From the NCBI GenBank assembly GCA_965116435.1, contig OZ220686.1, positions 1,082,844 to 1,146,843 on the forward strand: a DNA stretch of 64,000 nt, read 5' to 3'. This document shows, one piece after another, positions 39,490-48,056 of this stretch. The stretch comes from Rhodothermales bacterium (GTDB lineage: Bacteria; Bacteroidota; Rhodothermia; Rhodothermales; VXPQ01). The position numbers and the translations under genes were made by a program. Numbering within the stretch: the stretch's first letter is position 1; every line of letters starts with the position of its first letter. The notes under the pieces are model-generated. The model did not search any database and had not been told where the DNA came from. It saw nothing but the letters and a program-made list of their open reading frames with translations.

Positions 39490-39522
39490 GCGCTGATCGA
39501 AGTGGATTTGACCAGAGTACCC
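39490..39522 (-). repeat. Isolated, slightly degraded copy of the MITE 5'-terminal hairpin, inverted relative to 37618-37653
   Basis: The reverse complement CTGGTCAAATCCACTTCGATCAGCGC matches the 5' terminus at 22/23 of the core positions. The RC of the 3' terminus matches much less well. The outer end faces right. Confidence 0.65.
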
Positions 39523-39530
39523 CAAAACGA

Positions 39531-39757
39531 TCTATGCAAAAAATGAATCGAAAGAAGGGTTTCTATACAAATTTCGCATAAGTCGTACGTGAATTATGCA
39601 TAAAATGAATGGAAATATAAACTTCTATGCATTTTTCGTATAGACAGAAAAAATCCGAGCGGAAAAGTCGGGAATTTCTATAAAATTCCGGGTACAGACA
39701 CATGGATTATGCAGAAAATGAATGGAAATATAGGCTTCTATGCATTTTTTGCATAGT
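39531..39757. repeat. AT-rich region with three ~50-bp quasi-palindromic units (39531-39581, 39593-39643, 39706-39757)
   Basis: The units are TATGCAxAAAATGAA..(~20)..TTCTATGCATTTTTxGxATAG. Arms TATGCA(N)AAAATG / CATTTTT(N)GCATA are inverted. Each unit holds ATGCAT-type cores. Local GC is far below the genome level. Confidence 0.8.
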
Positions 39758-39796
39758 GAAGGATACGCTGCACAAAGCCGCTACTTCAGGTAGAGC

Positions 39797-39983
39797 GCGG
39801 CAACCGTGGTTTAGAGGGGGCAGGCGGCGCAGCGCGGCAGCCGTGATTCAGAGAGATCAGGCGGCGCCAGGCGGCAGCCGTGGTTCAGAGCGGTCAAGCG
39901 GCGCCAGGCGGCAACCGTGGTTCAGGGGGGGGCAGGCGGCGCTGCGCGGCAACCGTGATTCAGAGGGATCAGGCGACACCAGG
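39797..39983. repeat. 37-bp tandem repeat x5, no spacers
   Basis: GCGGCA(A/G)CCGTG(G/A)TT(C/T)AGAG-type units start at 39797, 39834, 39871, 39908 and 39946. Confidence 0.85.
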
Positions 39984-40174
39984 CGGGCCGCGTGCGGCGC
40001 AGGAGAAAAGGAATGAAAATCGCCGCGATGTCTGGACGCATCCCTACAATGTCGCAGCGGGACAATCCCTCAACGAAAACCGCCGCACAGCGCCAGGAAG
40101 ACACAAAAAACGCCCCGGCATCGCCGTGTTGGACGACATCGGGGCCTATTCCATATCCGTTTCCATTTTCGTAG

Positions 40175-40248
<74 letters not shown>

Positions 40249-40405
40249 GTATTGTGCGGTGCAACGCCCATGCCGACCCGTTTGTTCGCTATGATTCGTT
40301 CCTGATCGCGTATTCCGCGCAAAAAATGTCCGCCGGCGCGCACAGGGAGCCGCTGCTTCCCTCACGCCGGCGAGGACAACACGTCCTCTGGATTCAGAAA
40401 ATAAA

Positions 40406-40658
40406 GGATGCGCTGATTAAGTCCGCGAAGATCAGAGGCAGCGAGGGGTGCGCTGGCAAGGAATGACGAAGCAGCGTGGCAGGCCCCACGTAATGAGGAA
40501 TGACACAGCCAGCGCGCTCCTCGATGCCTCCCGAAGAGCGCTTCACGACACCGACGACGTCAAGCACCGTGTTTTCCGATGATTTTAACGATGAAATCAT
40601 TACAAACCCCACTCGCGTACGTGAAGCACTGATCGAAGTGGATTTGATCAGTGCATCC
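40406..40658 (-). mobile_element. MITE-like element, full copy 4 (inverted)
   Basis: Flanked by TAAA (40402-40405) and TAAA (40659-40662). Its last base plus the duplicated TA form the thiD stop codon (TAG, 40658-40660). Confidence 0.85.
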
Positions 40659-41437
40659 TAAAAATGATGCACGGGGCCGTGGCCTTTTCCGAGGGCCGGG
40701 GCGCGGCGGATTGCGGACGTTACATACTGCTTGGCCCGGGCCACGGATTCCCTGAGGGAATGTCCGCACGCCAGGTTCGCCGTGATTGCGGACGCATACG
40801 TGCAGCCTGTTCCGTGCGTATGCTTCGTGACGATGCGGGGCGCCCGAAACGTATGCATCCGCTGGCCGTCGTACAGCACGTCCACCGCGTCGCCGCCCGC
40901 CTCGTCCACATGCCCCCCCTTGACGAGCACAGCCTCCGGCCCCATAGCATGGATAGCAGCGGCGGCTTCCCGCTGTCCCTCCTCTGAATCCACATCGAAC
41001 CCGGCAAGGCGGCGGGCTTCATGGGCATTCGGCGTGACCAGCGAAGCCAGCGGCAGCAGCCGTTCGCAAAGCGTTTTCACCGCCTCGTCGCGCAACAGGG
41101 GAAATCCGCCCTTGGAAATCATGACCGGATCGACCACAACCGGAGATATCTGGCGCTCCCGGAGTTTTTCCGCCACGATTTCAATGATCGCCGAGGAAGA
41201 AAGCATACCCGTCTTCGTAGCGCGTACGTCGAAATCGTCGTAGACCGCATCCATTTGCCGGACTATCAGGTCCGGGGACAACTCGAAGGCGTCCAGCACG
41301 GCTTGCGTGTTTTGCGCCGTGACCGCCGTCACGACGCTCGTCGCGAACACGCCGTGGGCTTGCATGGTTTTGATGTCGGCCTGTATGCCGGCGCCGCCGC
41401 CGGAGTCGCTGCCTGCGATCGTAAGGGCTACGTTCAT
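40658..41437 (-). CDS. thiD: Hydroxymethylpyrimidine/phosphomethylpyrimidine kinase
   Basis: Start at [24 protein letters not shown] (41437, ATGA overlap with the thiE stop). Other matches are [21 protein letters not shown] and [12 protein letters not shown]. Confidence 0.9.
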   Translation of the reverse strand: MNVALTIAGSDSGGGAGIQADIKTMQAHGVFATSVVTAVTAQNTQAVLDAFELSPDLIVRQMDAVYDDFDVRATKTGMLSSSAIIEIVAEKLRERQISPVVVDPVMISKGGFPLLRDEAVKTLCERLLPLASLVTPNAHEARRLAGFDVDSEEGQREAAAAIHAMGPEAVLVKGGHVDEAGGDAVDVLYDGQRMHTFRAPRIVTKHTHGTGCTYASAITANLACGHSLRESVARAKQYVTSAIRRAPALGKGHGPVHHF

Positions 41438-42405
41438 GAATCTTCCTCGAAATATGCGCGCAATGCGTCGAAATACTTGTGCGCCGCTTCTCCGGGGCGG
41501 TCGGCCATCATAATGCCGGACAGCACCGCAACGCCGTAACTCCCTGCGTCCAGGCACAGCGCTACCCGTTCCGGGGTCACGCCGCCCAGCGCATAGACGG
41601 GAACGCGGCCCTGAACATACTGCACAAAATCGCGCAGCGCATCAATGCCTGCGCCGGCGTACCCGGGCTTGCCCTGCGGATTGAAAACGGGGCTGAAGAA
41701 AAGGTATTGAGGGCAATGGACCTCGCTCTCTCGAGGGGTATTCCCTATTACGCGGGGGTTATTCCCCAATGCACCAGGATTGGTCCCCAAAGTACGAGGA
41801 TTATTCCCCAATGCACGGGGGTTATTCCCCAATGCACGAGGATTAGTCCCCAAAGTACGAGGGTTATTCCCCAATGCACGAGGATTGATCCCTGCTGCGC
41901 TGTCCAGACGACGATTCGGGGGATCTCCTTCTATCGCGGCCCGGGCTTCTTCGGGATTGTGCGCCGACCTGCCATAGGGTTGCCGGGGGCCGTGCGAGAA
42001 CCCTGGCGCCGGATCGCGCGCACCCGCGTGATACCCGCACTGCAAGGCGTCGGCCACCTCCGGGCGCCCGTTGACAGAAAGCAATGCCGACGGGGCCGCG
42101 TAGCGCAAGCGCTTCGTCAGGCGAGCGGCGCATTCCTCAAACAACGCCTCGGGCGCTGCGCGATCCCGCAAATGCACCCACAATGCGCGTTCCTGGCCTT
42201 GCACGCCCTGCGGGTCTCGACGGTCCTGCGCGCTCCGCCTGCCGCCGGACGAGTTCGCCGCGGCGTCCACGATCCGGTCGGCGCATTTGGGATCGGTAAA
42301 ACGGTCCCCGATCAGGATGAGCCGGGGCAACCTCCACGAGGACGCACCTCCGGTGCGGCGCTTTTCCGATGCCTCCTGCGGGTTATCCACCGATGCCCCC
42401 TCCAT
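41434..42405 (-). CDS. thiE: Thiamine-phosphate synthase with a ~60-aa repeat-containing insertion
   Basis: ThiE blocks occur in order: [49 protein letters not shown], then after the insertion [24 protein letters not shown] and GVAVLSGIM. The start codon is uncertain. Confidence 0.7.
   Translation of the reverse strand: MEGASVDNPQEASEKRRTGGASSWRLPRLILIGDRFTDPKCADRIVDAAANSSGGRRSAQDRRDPQGVQGQERALWVHLRDRAAPEALFEECAARLTKRLRYAAPSALLSVNGRPEVADALQCGYHAGARDPAPGFSHGPRQPYGRSAHNPEEARAAIEGDPPNRRLDSAAGINPRALGNNPRTLGTNPRALGNNPRALGNNPRTLGTNPGALGNNPRVIGNTPRESEVHCPQYLFFSPVFNPQGKPGYAGAGIDALRDFVQYVQGRVPVYALGGVTPERVALCLDAGSYGVAVLSGIMMADRPGEAAHKYFDALRAYFEEDS
41737..41904. repeat. 21-bp in-frame tandem repeat x ~8 inside thiE (heptad NPRALGN / NPRTLGT)
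   Basis: GTTATTCCCCAATGCACGAGG / ATTAGTCCCCAAAGTACGAGG units alternate with exact 21-bp period. On the minus strand they read ..[55 protein letters not shown].. Confidence 0.9.
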
Positions 42406-42444
42406 GGGCGACGATGCCTGCGAATCGTGCGGCGCGTCGTCCGT

Positions 42445-44049
42445 TCAACGAGCCATCGGCATTGCAGCCGACACGGACTCGCGCCAGGCATGAAGCCGTG
42501 CGCGCAGTTCGGCGGCTGTCGCCGGCTGCTCGGCGGCCAGGTCGCGCTGCTCACCAGGATCGTTGTCCAGATCGAAGAGTTGCACCGTGCCGTTCTCGAA
42601 GTACTCGAGCAGCTTGTAGGGGCCGGCTCGAATGGCGCCGCCGGGACTCTGCATGCCGTGATTGCTGTAGTGCGGGAAGTGCCAGTAGATCGCATCGCGT
42701 TCGAACGTGCTGCCTTGTAGCGCGGCGGTAAAACTCACGCCGTCGACGTGCTGGTCAGATCTGGCGGGCAATCCGGCCATCTCGAGCAACGTCGGATAGA
42801 AATCCGTGCTGATCACCGGCTCGTCGCGAATCGCACCGGTCTGGCCCCCGCCCGGCCAGCGCACAATGAGGGGCACCCGGATACCGCCTTCGTACAGCCA
42901 ACCCTTGGCCCCCCGCAGGGGCAGATTCGAGGTCGAGTAGGCGACATCCAGCCAGTCCGGGTCCACGACTCGCTCGGGATAACCGAAGTTGGCTGCCGCC
43001 ATACCGCCGTTGTCCGAGTAGAAAACGATGATCGTGTGTTCGGTCAGCCCCCGTTCGTCAAGGGTGCGAAGCACACGTCCCATGCTCTCGTCGATGGCGG
43101 TAACCATCGCCGCAAACTCGACGTTGTCCTGATGTTGCTTGATCTGGACCGTGCGCTGCGGAAGCACCCGGTGCTCCCGATGCGAGGGCTCTTGTTGCAG
43201 AGAATCCAGTTGGGTGCGTGAAAGCGGCTCTGGATCGTCCGGGTTGCCCTCGAGGAGGAAGGCCGGCCCCGCGGGAGGCGCTGCTTGCGCCAGCTTGCTC
43301 CGGTATCTCGTGACCAGGTCCGGGCGTCCTTCGATCGGGTCGTGCACCGAGAAGTGCGAGAGGTAGAGGAAAAACGGCTCTTCGCCGCTTTGCTCGATGA
43401 ACTCGACCGCGAAGTCGGCGAGGCGGTCCGTCAGGTACTCGTCGTCCTTTCCCTCGACCGTCAGGCCCTTCATCAGGTAGGGCGGAAAGTAGCCGCCGCG
43501 TGGGGTCGAGCCGGGGAAGTCGGGCGCTTGCACGTCAAAGCCCTGGTGGAGCGGACCCGCCTCGCCTGTGCCGAGATGCCACTTGCCGAAGATGGCCGTA
43601 CGGTAGCCGTGCTCCTTGAAGGCCTCCGCCAGCGTGACCTCTTCGAGGGGGAGAGCGGCCAGCTTCTCGGCGCTCAGCATCTGCTCGAAAGCATGTTCTC
43701 TGCGGCCGGGCAACCAGTCCGTCAACCGCAGCCGTGCCGGGTACTTGCCGGTCATGAGCGCCGCACGGGTGGGCGAGCAGACATGCGCCGCCGCGTAGGC
43801 GTTCGTGAAGCGGACGCCCTGCTCGGCGAGTCGGTCGATGTTCGGCGTCTCGTAGAACGAACTGCCGAAGACGCCGATATCGCTCCAGCCCAAATCGTCA
43901 ACCAGGAAGAAAACGATGTTCGGCGGTCTTTCCTGCGCAGCGAGTGTGGCCGGAAGGCTCAGCGCGAGGAGCCACGCTGCGAACAGGCAGCCCATCACGG
44001 ATTGCAATTTTCTGTTGATCGACATGTTGATGAGAGATTGGGAAGACAT
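42445..44049 (-). CDS. Secreted sulfatase (formylglycine-dependent arylsulfatase family)
   Basis: A signal peptide is followed by NIVFFLVDDLGWSD and the sulfatase signature HVCSPTRAALMTGKYPARL (CxPxR). Confidence 0.9.
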   Translation of the reverse strand: MSSQSLINMSINRKLQSVMGCLFAAWLLALSLPATLAAQERPPNIVFFLVDDLGWSDIGVFGSSFYETPNIDRLAEQGVRFTNAYAAAHVCSPTRAALMTGKYPARLRLTDWLPGRREHAFEQMLSAEKLAALPLEEVTLAEAFKEHGYRTAIFGKWHLGTGEAGPLHQGFDVQAPDFPGSTPRGGYFPPYLMKGLTVEGKDDEYLTDRLADFAVEFIEQSGEEPFFLYLSHFSVHDPIEGRPDLVTRYRSKLAQAAPPAGPAFLLEGNPDDPEPLSRTQLDSLQQEPSHREHRVLPQRTVQIKQHQDNVEFAAMVTAIDESMGRVLRTLDERGLTEHTIIVFYSDNGGMAAANFGYPERVVDPDWLDVAYSTSNLPLRGAKGWLYEGGIRVPLIVRWPGGGQTGAIRDEPVISTDFYPTLLEMAGLPARSDQHVDGVSFTAALQGSTFERDAIYWHFPHYSNHGMQSPGGAIRAGPYKLLEYFENGTVQLFDLDNDPGEQRDLAAEQPATAAELRARLHAWRESVSAAMPMAR

Positions 44050-44126
44050 GGTTCACCCGCCTGTTTGCGCGGCGTATTTGTATGAAAGCACTTCCGGCGC
44101 CGCGCTGTTCCGACGCCCCCTGTGCC

Positions 44127-44915
44127 TTATCCGCCAATGCGTCCCTCCATCGGCGACGACGCCTGCGCATACGTACGGCGGGGCATACGCCCGGACAGAA
44201 ACGCCAGCCGCCCTGCCTCGACGGCCCGCCGCATGGCCGAGGCCATCGCGACCGGATGCTGCGCATCGGAAACGGCGGTATTCAGGAGCACCCCGTCGTA
44301 CCCCAGTTCCATGACCCGAGCCGCATCGCTGGCCGTGCCGATCCCGGCGTCTACGATAAGCGGCGTATCCCGGATCATATCCCGAATCAGCGCCAGATTG
44401 TAGGGATTCACCAAACCCTGCCCACTGCCTATCGGCGCCGCCAGCGGCATGATCGCCGCGCAACCGAGATCGGCCAGTTTGCGGCACGTAATCGGATCGT
44501 CGTTCGCGTAGACCATTACGCAAAACCCGTCGTCCACCAGTTCCTTCGCCGCCCGGAGCACCTGCTCGACGTCCGGCAACAGGGTTTCGTCGTCCCCGAT
44601 CACCTCCAGTTTGATGAGCCGGGTTTCGAGGGCTTCGCGGGCCAGTTGCGCAACGAGCACCGCCTCTTTCGCCGTATAGCATCCGGCCGTGTTCGGCAGG
44701 CAGCGATACGGCTTGAGCAAGTCCAGGAAGCGTTCCCCGGAAGGGTCCTGCAAATTCACGCGCCGAATGGCTACGGTAACGAGTTCCGTGCCGGACGCTT
44801 CCAGCGCATCCAGCATAACCCGGGGATTCGGGTAGCGGCTCGTGCCCATGATCAGCCGGGACGACAGATGCATGTCGCCGATATGCAGTACGTCCGTGCG
44901 TCCGTTCGTCGTCAT
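44127..44915 (-). CDS. thiG: Thiazole synthase
   Basis: [38 protein letters not shown] and [13 protein letters not shown] form the typical ThiG pattern. Confidence 0.9.
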   Translation of the reverse strand: MTTNGRTDVLHIGDMHLSSRLIMGTSRYPNPRVMLDALEASGTELVTVAIRRVNLQDPSGERFLDLLKPYRCLPNTAGCYTAKEAVLVAQLAREALETRLIKLEVIGDDETLLPDVEQVLRAAKELVDDGFCVMVYANDDPITCRKLADLGCAAIMPLAAPIGSGQGLVNPYNLALIRDMIRDTPLIVDAGIGTASDAARVMELGYDGVLLNTAVSDAQHPVAMASAMRRAVEAGRLAFLSGRMPRRTYAQASSPMEGRIGG

Positions 44916-44916
44916 G

Positions 44917-45144
44917 CTATCCTCCCTGTTGCGCAGCGATCACTTCGATCCGGTCGCCCAGCCGAATCGCATGACGATCCCATGTCCCTTTCGGGGCCAC
45001 CGTATCGTTCACCGCCACCGCGACGCCTTTCGCCTCCGCCGGATCGAATCCCATCGTCCGCATCAATACGGACACGGTGGCCTGCGCCGGCACGGAATGC
45101 TTTTTCCCGTTGATCGACACGTCGATGTGCGATTTCGAAGCCAT
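44917..45144 (-). CDS. thiS: Sulfur-carrier protein ThiS
   Basis: 75 aa, ubiquitin-like size, C-terminal ..EVIAAQQGG ending in GG. It lies immediately upstream of thiG. Confidence 0.85.
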   Translation of the reverse strand: MASKSHIDVSINGKKHSVPAQATVSVLMRTMGFDPAEAKGVAVAVNDTVAPKGTWDRHAIRLGDRIEVIAAQQGG

Positions 45145-45235
45145 GATGCGTTTGCCTGTTTATGCGGCGTATGCGGGTGATAGTAGGTGCGCGGCGGACG
45201 AGACAGGACCCGTGCCCGCCGCAAACCAGCCTTTA

Positions 45236-45488
45236 GGATGCACTGATCAAATCCACTTCGATCAGCGCTTCACGTACGCAAGTAGCGTTTGTAATGATTC
45301 TATCGTTAAAATCAGAGGAAAACACGGCGTGTTGCGGCGGCGGGGTCGTGAAGCGCCCTTCGGGAGGCATCGAGGAGCACGCTGGCTGCGTCATTCCTCA
45401 TTACGTGGGGCCTGCCACGCTGCTTCGTCATTCCTTGCCAGCGCACCCCTCGCTGCCTCTGATCTTCGCGGACTTAATCAGAGCATCC
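45236..45488 (+). mobile_element. MITE-like element, full copy 5 (best-preserved; used as reference)
   Basis: GGATGCACTGATCAAATCCACTTCGATCAGCGCTTCACG...CTGATCTTCGCGGACTTAATCAGAGCATCC. Flanked by TTTA (45232-45235) and TTTA (45489-45492). The right TTTA contains the thiO stop codon. Confidence 0.9.
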
Positions 45489-45489
45489 T

Positions 45490-46668
45490 TTACGCAGGCG
45501 CCGCCTCGAAACGTTCCGGTAAAAACGGAGCGATCCATGCAGAGGTTTCTCCGGTCAGCACGTACCGGGCCACTTCTTCGGAAGCAACCGGAGCCAGCAA
45601 AATGCCGTGCCGATAGAAACCCGTCGCCATGACCACGCCGGGAGCAGAAGAAGGCCCAAGGATGGGCAAATGATCCCGGCTGGCCGGACGAAGCCCCGCC
45701 CACAGGTCGCGCACAGGCAAATCGTCGACGCCCGGCACAATCTTGCGGGCCTCGTCCAGCAGGGCGTACAATCCGCCTGCCGTAACGCGGGCGTCGAACC
45801 CCATTTCTTCCATGGTGGCGCCGACCAGCACGCGCCCCCCGGGCTTGGGCGCCACGTACGTATGCGCGCTCCGCACGACATGCTGCAAGGCAAACGGGGA
45901 TTCGACCTGCAATTCGATCATCTGCCCGCGCACCGGACGCACGGGCGGCTGTTGATCCGGCGTCAAGCCCGCCATGCCGTGCGACCAGGCCCCCGTCGCA
46001 AGCGCCACGCATGCCCCTTCGATCCGTTCGCCTCCTTCCGTAACGACCGCAGGAACCTCGGCGTCGGGTTCGACGGCGCGAACGGGCGTTCCCTCGCGCA
46101 ACACTCCCCCGGCCTTCACGAAAGCAGCCCGCAACGCCTCGACCAGCGCGCGCGCGTCCGCCTGGCTATCCGTCGGGGAATACATGACGGCTGCGGGGCG
46201 GGACGTAATGAACGGCTCTATATCCAGCGCCTCCGCCGTGGAAAGCCATTGGCTGTCCAGCCCCTGCGCTTTCATGAATTCGTAGCGACGCCGCAGCGCT
46301 TCCGCCGCATCCCGGTCGGGGGCCACATGCACGGCGCCTCCCGTACGAAATCCCGTTTCGATTCCGCTGGCCTCTTCCAGCGACGCCGCAAACGACGGCC
46401 ATCGGCGCAAACTTTCCCGGTTGAGCCTGTACAGTTCCGGGTCCTCGAACCCGATTTCCGCATCCGGGGCCAGCATGCCCGCCGCCGCCCAGGAAGCGCT
46501 GCGCCCCGCGCGCTCCCCCTCGAAAAGATGCACGACTCGCCCGGCGCACAGCAACCGCCAGCCCAGCGCAAGCCCCGCCACGCCGCCGCCCACGATGAGC
46601 ACGGGCTTTTCGGCGCGAGATGCGGTGGTGCGGGACGGGGTGCGGGACATGGGGCGAAACGGGCGCAA
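45490..46668 (-). CDS. thiO: Glycine oxidase-type FAD oxidoreductase
   Basis: The dinucleotide-binding motif is VLIVGGGVAGLALG and the body is DAO-family. Its position at the head of the thiS-thiG cluster supports the call. The alternative start is Met at 46650. Confidence 0.75.
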   Translation of the reverse strand: MRPFRPMSRTPSRTTASRAEKPVLIVGGGVAGLALGWRLLCAGRVVHLFEGERAGRSASWAAAGMLAPDAEIGFEDPELYRLNRESLRRWPSFAASLEEASGIETGFRTGGAVHVAPDRDAAEALRRRYEFMKAQGLDSQWLSTAEALDIEPFITSRPAAVMYSPTDSQADARALVEALRAAFVKAGGVLREGTPVRAVEPDAEVPAVVTEGGERIEGACVALATGAWSHGMAGLTPDQQPPVRPVRGQMIELQVESPFALQHVVRSAHTYVAPKPGGRVLVGATMEEMGFDARVTAGGLYALLDEARKIVPGVDDLPVRDLWAGLRPASRDHLPILGPSSAPGVVMATGFYRHGILLAPVASEEVARYVLTGETSAWIAPFLPERFEAAPA

Positions 46669-46863
46669 AACCCGCCCGGCAGTGGAAACATCAGAATGCT
46701 TTCCGGGAAATTAGGAGGGAGCGAGGCGGTATGCAACTATAGGATGTCCCGCCGTTGATTTTACCCCCGGTTCACAATATCTTCCAGGGTCTATGATTTT
46801 TTGCAAGCCAGCGAATGAATTTTATGTGGATGCGGTCTAATTCTGAAAGAAACCCCGTTCCCC

Positions 46864-48036
46864 ATGTCTCCCTCGTGCTTGCTTCGATTCGGCTGTGCGC
46901 TGACCCTGCTGATGCTTGGGTGCGGCATGGGGTGGGCAGATGCGTTCGGAGCCGACGGGTCAGCCATTTCCCGTGAGGCCCCTGTCGCACAGGGCGCGCC
47001 GAACGGCCCCTGGCTTGCCCCGCCGGACGAAACCGGCAAGAAACTCTACCGAAACGCCTGCGCAACATGCCATGGCGCAGATGGCCGGGGCGCTCCCGAA
47101 GCCCTGCTGGGGTTTGGCGTTCCGCTCCCCGATTTCACCGACTGCAATTTCGCCACCCGCGAACCCGACGCGGACTGGATTGCGGTAGCGCATCAGGGAG
47201 GTCCCGTACGCGGTTTTGCGCGGGAAATGCCGGCCTTCGGCGATGCGCTGACGCAAAACGAACTCCAGAAAATCCTGGGTTACATACGCACACTGTGCCC
47301 GAACGACGACTGGCCCCGAGGCGAATTGAATACGCCCCGCGCCCTCGTGACGGAAAAAGCCTTCCCGGAAGACGAGGTCGTACTCACCACGACAGCAGAT
47401 ATCGAAACCGCACATACCGTCGTGGTCCATGAACTGGTCTACGAGAAACGATTCGGCGCACGCAATCAATTCGAAGTCGTTATGCCGTTCGGGTTCGGGA
47501 AACATACGAACGGGGGCGTACTCGGGGACGTAGCGCTCGGTCTGAAACGCGTCGTTTTGCACAAGATCGACCGGGGCAACATACTCAGCCTCGGCGGCGA
47601 GGTCATCCTCCCTACCGGGTATGAAAACGCAGATTTCGGAAAGGGCGCAACGCGCCTGGAGCCTTTCGTTTCGTTCGGGCAAATGCTTCCCGGAGACGCT
47701 TTTTTGCAATTTCAGGGGGGCCTCGAAATTTCCCTGAACCGGGACGCCATTGAGGACGAAGCGTTTTTGCGCAGCGTGGCAGGCAAAAGTTTTACGCAGG
47801 GAGACTGGGGGCGAACATGGTCTCCCATGCTGGAAGTCCTCGGGGCGCGCACGCTGGGCCTGGAGGGCAGTTTACATTGGGATATAGCCCCCCAGGTGCA
47901 AATCGCCCTGAATCAGCGACAGCATGTGATGCTCAATGCCGGGCTTCGCATGCCTGTACGCCGCGACGAACGCATGCAATTTATGGTCTATTTGTTGTGG
48001 GAATGGTTCGACGGCGGATTTTTCGAGGGCTGGTAA
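46864..48036 (+). CDS. Fusion protein: N-terminal monohaem class I cytochrome c + C-terminal predicted outer-membrane beta-barrel (MetA/phenol-degradation-like)
   Basis: The signal/lipobox-like N-terminus is LTLLMLGCG. The single haem site is CATCH with a distal ..REMPAF. The C-terminal ~260 aa show alternating-hydrophobic strands and end ..LLWEWFDGGFFEGW with an aromatic terminus. Confidence 0.6.
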   Translation: MSPSCLLRFGCALTLLMLGCGMGWADAFGADGSAISREAPVAQGAPNGPWLAPPDETGKKLYRNACATCHGADGRGAPEALLGFGVPLPDFTDCNFATREPDADWIAVAHQGGPVRGFAREMPAFGDALTQNELQKILGYIRTLCPNDDWPRGELNTPRALVTEKAFPEDEVVLTTTADIETAHTVVVHELVYEKRFGARNQFEVVMPFGFGKHTNGGVLGDVALGLKRVVLHKIDRGNILSLGGEVILPTGYENADFGKGATRLEPFVSFGQMLPGDAFLQFQGGLEISLNRDAIEDEAFLRSVAGKSFTQGDWGRTWSPMLEVLGARTLGLEGSLHWDIAPQVQIALNQRQHVMLNAGLRMPVRRDERMQFMVYLLWEWFDGGFFEGW

Positions 48037-48056
48037 CCGGTATCTCATCGGAAAAC

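Noticed and set aside
46669-46863. TPP riboswitch upstream of thiO
   Set aside because: Neither the CUGAGA bulge nor the ACCUGAUCUGGAUAAUGCCAGCG core could be found on the minus strand. Only a weak CUGAUG..ACUGCC resemblance is present. This needs a covariance-model scan to be definitive.
47817-48056. Upstream 80-codon extension of the multihaem cytochrome ORF
   Set aside because: It overlaps the 3' end of the preceding gene in another frame and translates to Arg/Pro/Gly-rich sequence. The Met at 48057 is followed by a proper signal peptide.
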